Origin: Candidatus Magasanikiibacteriota bacterium
GTDB lineage: Bacteria > Patescibacteriota > Patescibacteriia > Magasanikbacterales > UBA922
Assembly (NCBI GenBank): GCA_003482855.1
Contig: DMXO01000005.1
Span: forward strand, 99,719-163,718
Direction: 5' to 3'
Length of the DNA stretch: 64,000 nucleotides
Positions 60,283 to 64,000 of the stretch are shown here, in pieces. The notes beneath the pieces are model-generated. The model saw only the letters and a program-made list of their open reading frames with translations, did no database searches and was not told the DNA's origin. Position 1 is the stretch's first letter, and every line of letters starts with the position of its first letter. Both the position numbers and the translations under genes were made by a program.

Positions 60283-60606
60283 CTACGCGACCGGGTCGAT
60301 CCCCTTGGACTCGGGCGCTTCTTCGGCCAGCGGGGCCTCGGGCTCGGGCGCGGCGTCGGCTTCGGTGCCCTCGGCGGTGGGCTCGAGGACCTCGGTCGCG
60401 GTGGGCGCGGGGCAGCCCTGTCCACAGCCGCAGTCGGCTTCTTCGGCCAGCGGGGCCTCGGCTTCGGCGGCCTCGGTGACGCGGAAGTCCACAGGGAGCT
60501 CCCCGTGGTCGCGCAGGAACTGCTCGCAGGCCTTGTTGAGCTCTTCTTCAGGCATGACGCCCATGACGACCTTGGCGAAAATCGTGAGGAACTGAGTCTC
60601 GTTCAT
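60283..60606 (-). CDS. small acidic Cys-containing protein encoded in a high-GC island (107 aa from MNETQFLTIFAKVV...)
   Basis: AAGAGGT sits 3 nt upstream of the ATG. The codon third positions are almost all G/C, unlike every other gene here. It has internal EAPLAEEA direct repeats flanking DCGCGQGC. A GGGAACTC-c-GAGTTCCC hairpin follows the stop. Confidence 0.4.
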   Translation of the reverse strand: MNETQFLTIFAKVVMGVMPEEELNKACEQFLRDHGELPVDFRVTEAAEAEAPLAEEADCGCGQGCPAPTATEVLEPTAEGTEADAAPEPEAPLAEEAPESKGIDPVA

Positions 60607-60820
60607 GATACCTCTTTGGTAGGTGTGGCAGTTGACTACCTTAGAGAAACTACATGGTCTTGCGCGTTTTGTCAATTTTTTAATTTACATTTTGTTTTTT
60701 GAACAGATATGTGGATAACATGGGTTTTCATGGTTGCAAAGAATAGTAAAGTGGGATATAATGGATGTACGTGGGGAAGAGTGGGGAAAATGCTTGTCTC
60801 TCTACTTTCTAAATACAATT

Positions 60821-61252
60821 ATGTTCATCGGAGAATATTCCCACAATTTAGATGAAAAAGGTCGTCTTGCGGTCCCCAAAAAGTTCCGCGCTGATCTTTC
60901 CAAAGGTGCAGTTGTAACAAGGGGACTCGACAACTGTCTTTTTCTTTATACGAAAACAGAATGGAAAAAGCTTGCTGATAAGCTCGCGACGTTGCCATTC
61001 TCACAAGCAAATACACGTGCGTTTGCGCGTCTCATGCTCGCAGGAGCTATGGATGTCTTGGTAGATAAACAAGGTAGAATCATGGTCCCTGATTATCTAC
61101 GCAGTTTTGCTGGTCTCAAAAAAGGAGTTGTCGTGGCAGGTCTATACAACCGTCTCGAACTTTGGGATCAGGAAAAGTGGGAAGAATACAAGACAAAGAC
61201 TGAGAAAGAGAGTAATACGATTGCAGAGCAGATGTTTGAACTCGGTGTTTAA
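60821..61252 (+). CDS. mraZ: transcriptional regulator MraZ
   Basis: MFIGEYSHNLDEKGRLAVPKKFR, the canonical MraZ start. Two repeated half-domains. The track ORF begins upstream at 60734. Confidence 0.85.
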   Translation: MFIGEYSHNLDEKGRLAVPKKFRADLSKGAVVTRGLDNCLFLYTKTEWKKLADKLATLPFSQANTRAFARLMLAGAMDVLVDKQGRIMVPDYLRSFAGLKKGVVVAGLYNRLELWDQEKWEEYKTKTEKESNTIAEQMFELGV

Positions 61253-61265
61253 TTCCTTAAAAGAA

Positions 61266-61346
61266 TTATCATGTATCATTTATCATGTATCATGTATTGG
61301 TTCACTTGGTAGCAAATAAATGATATATGATAAATGTACATGATAT
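61266..61346. repeat. intergenic inverted repeat made of (ATCATKT)n heptamer units
   Basis: atcatgt atcattt atcatgt atcatgt ... aaatgatatatgataaatgtacatgatat, between mraZ and rsmH. Confidence 0.55.
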
Positions 61347-62314
61347 TTATGAAACACGTGCCAGTGCTGTTAAATGAAGTCATTGAAGAACTTAATCTTA
61401 TCTCTGGCATGAATGTCATTGATGGTACTTTGGGTGATGCAGGACATGCAGAAGAAATTTTGAAAGTGACAGCTCCAGATGGCAAGTTGCTTGGTATAGA
61501 TGCTGACGCAGAAGCAATCTTGCGCGCAAAGAAATATCTGTATGATTTTGGAGATAGGGTATTGTTTGCACGAAATAATTTTGAACACATACAGCAAATA
61601 GTGAAAGAACAATCATTTGAACATGTGTCGGGGATATTGATGGATTTTGGCTGGTCAAGTCCTCAGTTTGAAGAGAGGGGAAGAGGATTTAGTTTCTTCA
61701 AACGTGATGAGCCTTTGGATATGCGCTATGACACATATCTCAAGTGTCCACATGAAGCAGACAACCCTCCACTGAGCGTCGATAATAGACCATTGTATGG
61801 TAGATGCACTGCAGCAGAGTTGGTCAATATGAAGTCGCAAACAGAATTGTCATACATATTTGATACGTATGGTGAAGAGAAATTGAGCATAGACATAGCA
61901 CGCGCTATAGTGGAGAAGAGAGTTGACTATGTGCTCGAGACGGTGGGTGATCTCGTAGATGTGATTCTCGATGTATATCGCAAGAAGCTCAAGACAGACA
62001 AAGAAATACCTTGGGTGGGAGGCAATCATCCTGCGACCAAAGTCTTTCAAGCATTACGTATTGCAGTGAATGATGAACTGGGTGTCATAGAGCGTGTATT
62101 GCCACAGGCGATAGACATATTGGAGAAGCATGGCAGGCTTGCTGTGATCACGTTTCACTCTATTGAGGATAGAATCGTGAAGCATTATTTCAAATCACAA
62201 CATAAGAAAACAATTAATCTTATACATAAAAAACCTATTGTTGCGTCTGAACAGGAGGTACAAGAAAACCCTCGATCCAGATCTGCAAAATTACGGGTTG
62301 TTGAAAAATTATGA
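61334..62314 (+). CDS. rsmH: 16S rRNA (cytosine1402-N4)-methyltransferase
   Basis: HVPVLLNEVIEEL, DGTLGDAGHA, and the SAM-binding fold; full-length protein. The true start is possibly at 61349. Confidence 0.9.
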   Translation: MYMIFMKHVPVLLNEVIEELNLISGMNVIDGTLGDAGHAEEILKVTAPDGKLLGIDADAEAILRAKKYLYDFGDRVLFARNNFEHIQQIVKEQSFEHVSGILMDFGWSSPQFEERGRGFSFFKRDEPLDMRYDTYLKCPHEADNPPLSVDNRPLYGRCTAAELVNMKSQTELSYIFDTYGEEKLSIDIARAIVEKRVDYVLETVGDLVDVILDVYRKKLKTDKEIPWVGGNHPATKVFQALRIAVNDELGVIERVLPQAIDILEKHGRLAVITFHSIEDRIVKHYFKSQHKKTINLIHKKPIVASEQEVQENPRSRSAKLRVVEKL

Positions 62315-62655
62315 ATACATACTCACAAAAAAGGCAATCACTCAGACAAAAGAAAGAGGCGATACGAAATGTCCTCCTCAGTACGACATTCCGCACAGGA
62401 TTGACTATCTGTATTGTTGTCTTTGGATTCATGTATGTATGGCAGACCAATACTGTGTCAACAAAAGGATACTTGATTTCAGATCTAGAACAAAAGATAC
62501 AAGAACTTGAACAAGAAACACGTGGTTTAGAAGTAAATATTGCAAAACACAGATCAATGCAAAATCTTCAAAGTAGATTGTCAGAAACGAATTTTATTGT
62601 CGCAGCCAATGTAGATTACATGACATTGTCGGGTAATGTGGTAGCAAAACGCTGA
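62311..62655 (+). CDS. ftsL: FtsL-like cell-division protein
   Basis: A single TM followed by a coiled coil (LEQKIQELEQETRGLEVNIAKH), directly downstream of rsmH. Confidence 0.6.
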   Translation: MNTYSQKRQSLRQKKEAIRNVLLSTTFRTGLTICIVVFGFMYVWQTNTVSTKGYLISDLEQKIQELEQETRGLEVNIAKHRSMQNLQSRLSETNFIVAANVDYMTLSGNVVAKR

Positions 62656-62682
62656 ACGCCTGTTCATAATTGAGAATGAGTC

Positions 62683-62706
62683 ATCTCCTATGTAGGAGAT
62701 TTTTTA
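62683..62706 (+). terminator. rho-independent terminator
   Basis: ATCTCCT-atgt-AGGAGAT followed by TTTTTTA. Confidence 0.75.
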
Positions 62707-62720
62707 TTTTTATGGTATAC

Positions 62721-62818
62721 TAGTCAAGTAGAAAGTAGAAAGTAGAAATATTATTGAAATGAGCTAAGCGGTTTGAATGACTTTATACTTTATACTTTAT
62801 ACTTTTAACTTTCTAGTC
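62721..62818. repeat. intergenic inverted repeat: ACTAGTC(AAGTAGA)3 ... (CTTTATA)3..TTTCTAGTC
   Basis: The arms are near reverse-complementary heptamer arrays (AGTAGAA vs TTTATAC, one mismatch per unit) around a ~35-nt loop. Confidence 0.6.
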
Positions 62819-62823
62819 GTCGT

Positions 62824-63186
62824 ATGTGGATCCTTGTTGCACAACGTATATTGCTTGAGTTTGTTGTAGATATTATTTATTTTCCTATTTGGTGGTTTAC
62901 TGCTGGTGCACGTCATGCACTATTGTTTTGTGTTGGGCTTGTACAGGAAGCGAATGCAATGATGGCTCCCGGACTCTGGCTCAAGAATATATTTGTTCCT
63001 ATGTTTGGCCAATGGGATTGGCAGGGACGGATCATGAGTTTTTTCATGCGTCTTGCCAATGTTATTATACGTAGTATTGGTCTCACCATATGGGTTGGTG
63101 TAGTCATTGTATTGTTTTTGCTATGGATATTATTTCCTACGTTTGTTCTATATATGTTACTTACGTCATTTTTATCTTTTGGATAA
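62824..63186 (+). CDS. hypothetical 3-TM membrane protein
   Basis: Intact ORF with hydrophobic helices. Confidence 0.35.
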   Translation: MWILVAQRILLEFVVDIIYFPIWWFTAGARHALLFCVGLVQEANAMMAPGLWLKNIFVPMFGQWDWQGRIMSFFMRLANVIIRSIGLTIWVGVVIVLFLLWILFPTFVLYMLLTSFLSFG

Positions 63187-63189
63187 CGT

Positions 63190-64000
63190 ATGTTGTTTAC
63201 CAAAAATGAACAACTTGATATTGTACAATGCGATACGTGCCGTTCTTCGGGATATGTGAAATTTCGTACATGTCCAACATGCAAAGGCATGAGTATGGGG
63301 CGTTTTGATGGTGAACAATTTGTCTTTTTTGGGGAACCACTTACCAAATATCATATTAGCGTGCGCAAAGCACGACGTGTTCTCAATCGTTTCCGCATTA
63401 TTGGGGCAGTTGTGTTTTGGCTTGGTTTTTGGGCATTATTTTTTGTGCCGGTGTATCTCAAAAATACTTGGGATACTATATTTTCTTCGCAATATTGGTT
63501 TAATCAGATAGATGCGACCAAATCATTTTTTTGGCTTGGCGTCGTTGCTCTGAGTTATCTATGGTATCGTTCTATAAAAGATCATGAACCTGAACCGCAG
63601 ATTGAGTACAAAAAATCTCTGACCAAAAAACAAGATACGGAGCATGTGGCGCCTCTTTCACCCATGACAACATGGAATGAGATAAGAAAGATTTCTCACA
63701 AACATAAAGTTGATTTTTCCTCATATCTTACTCAAGATGCGCGTCTCGTGCTGGAACGTGCATATATGTTGGCTGACTCGTACAAAAATCCTTTAGTCAC
63801 CGAAATGCATATATTTCATAGTCTATTATCATCTGATCAAATAGCAGGTGTTTTTATTAGACTTGGTGTACCAGTCAAACATCTTCAATCAAAAGTGACG
63901 CAACTTTTCAAAACTGCTGATAGCCAGATTGCACCAGCGCTTTCTCCGGAAGTGAGGCAAATAGTATTCCATGCATACAAGATATCCCGTGAGTCAAAAG
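63190..64000 (+). CDS. membrane protein with N-terminal zinc ribbon and Clp N-terminal-domain-like repeat; 3'-partial
   Basis: CDTCRSSGYVKFRTCPTCKG (two CxxC), two TM helices, then LTQDARLVLERAYMLADSYKNPLVTEMHIFHSLLS, which resembles a Clp_N repeat. It runs off the window end. Confidence 0.4.
   Translation, partial: MLFTKNEQLDIVQCDTCRSSGYVKFRTCPTCKGMSMGRFDGEQFVFFGEPLTKYHISVRKARRVLNRFRIIGAVVFWLGFWALFFVPVYLKNTWDTIFSSQYWFNQIDATKSFFWLGVVALSYLWYRSIKDHEPEPQIEYKKSLTKKQDTEHVAPLSPMTTWNEIRKISHKHKVDFSSYLTQDARLVLERAYMLADSYKNPLVTEMHIFHSLLSSDQIAGVFIRLGVPVKHLQSKVTQLFKTADSQIAPALSPEVRQIVFHAYKISRESK

Noticed and set aside
60122-60595. Plus-strand ORFs (157 aa and 117 aa) in the 60-kb GC island
   Set aside because: They are Ser/Ala/Arg/Pro low-complexity translations typical of out-of-frame reading of high-GC DNA. 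The minus-strand ORF has an RBS and protein-like N-terminal sequence.

Overview
This is a low-GC (~35%), standard-code bacterial window with tightly packed small genes. Its gene content and organisation resemble a reduced-genome, CPR/Patescibacteria-like organism: three of the four tRNAs lack an encoded CCA and a cca gene is present. That lineage assignment is an inference.

The recognisable core genes include:
- Carbon and lipid metabolism: ppsA, metK, uppP, gpsA, cca.
- Membrane biogenesis and transport: yidC, murJ, corA.
- A heat-shock block (hrcA-grpE-hsp20-dnaK-dnaJ) with a CIRCE-like operator.
- DNA repair and replication: rnhA, recJ, lepA, uvrB, msrB, uvrA, uvrC.
- The start of a division and cell-wall cluster (mraZ-rsmH-ftsL).
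- An arsR / thioredoxin-like / DUF318-permease operon.
- An AbrB-like regulator followed by a MacAB-type efflux set (HlyD adaptor, ABC ATPase, two FtsX-like permeases).
- A TspO protein, an rpmG (ribosomal protein L33) gene that the ORF track missed, and four tRNAs on the minus strand (Asp-GTC, Thr-GGT, Val-TAC, Trp-CCA).

The most system-like accessory locus is at 10.9-14.8 kb. A secreted PKD-domain protein ending in a ~7-helix membrane bundle is followed by a 784-aa fusion. That fusion joins a RimK-related ATP-grasp ligase (the 'GILGMNARN' N-terminus of the alpha-L-glutamate-ligase-related family) to a DUF1704/QEGLA-type HExxxH metallopeptidase. In Proteobacteria this is a three-gene cassette; here it is compacted and rearranged.

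Other unusual signals:
- Two homologous ~120-nt structured elements sit next to tRNA-Asp and tRNA-Trp. Each begins with a 16-17 nt copy of its neighbour's 3' end, and the core hairpins show compensatory changes.
- A family of 7-nt tandem repeats (about four units each) is inserted in-frame in uvrA (three times), uppP (twice), uvrC and ppsA. The same repeats form long intergenic inverted repeats.
- Two sharply GC-rich islands stand out: a ~235-nt highly structured element at 50.1 kb, and a ~600-nt island at 60.1-60.7 kb carrying a small acidic ORF with high-GC codon usage.
- PpsA is fused in-frame to a lipoprotein-signal-like segment plus a ~200-aa extra domain.
- A plastocyanin-type cupredoxin is present.

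All coordinates were worked out by hand and may be off by 1-2 nt.
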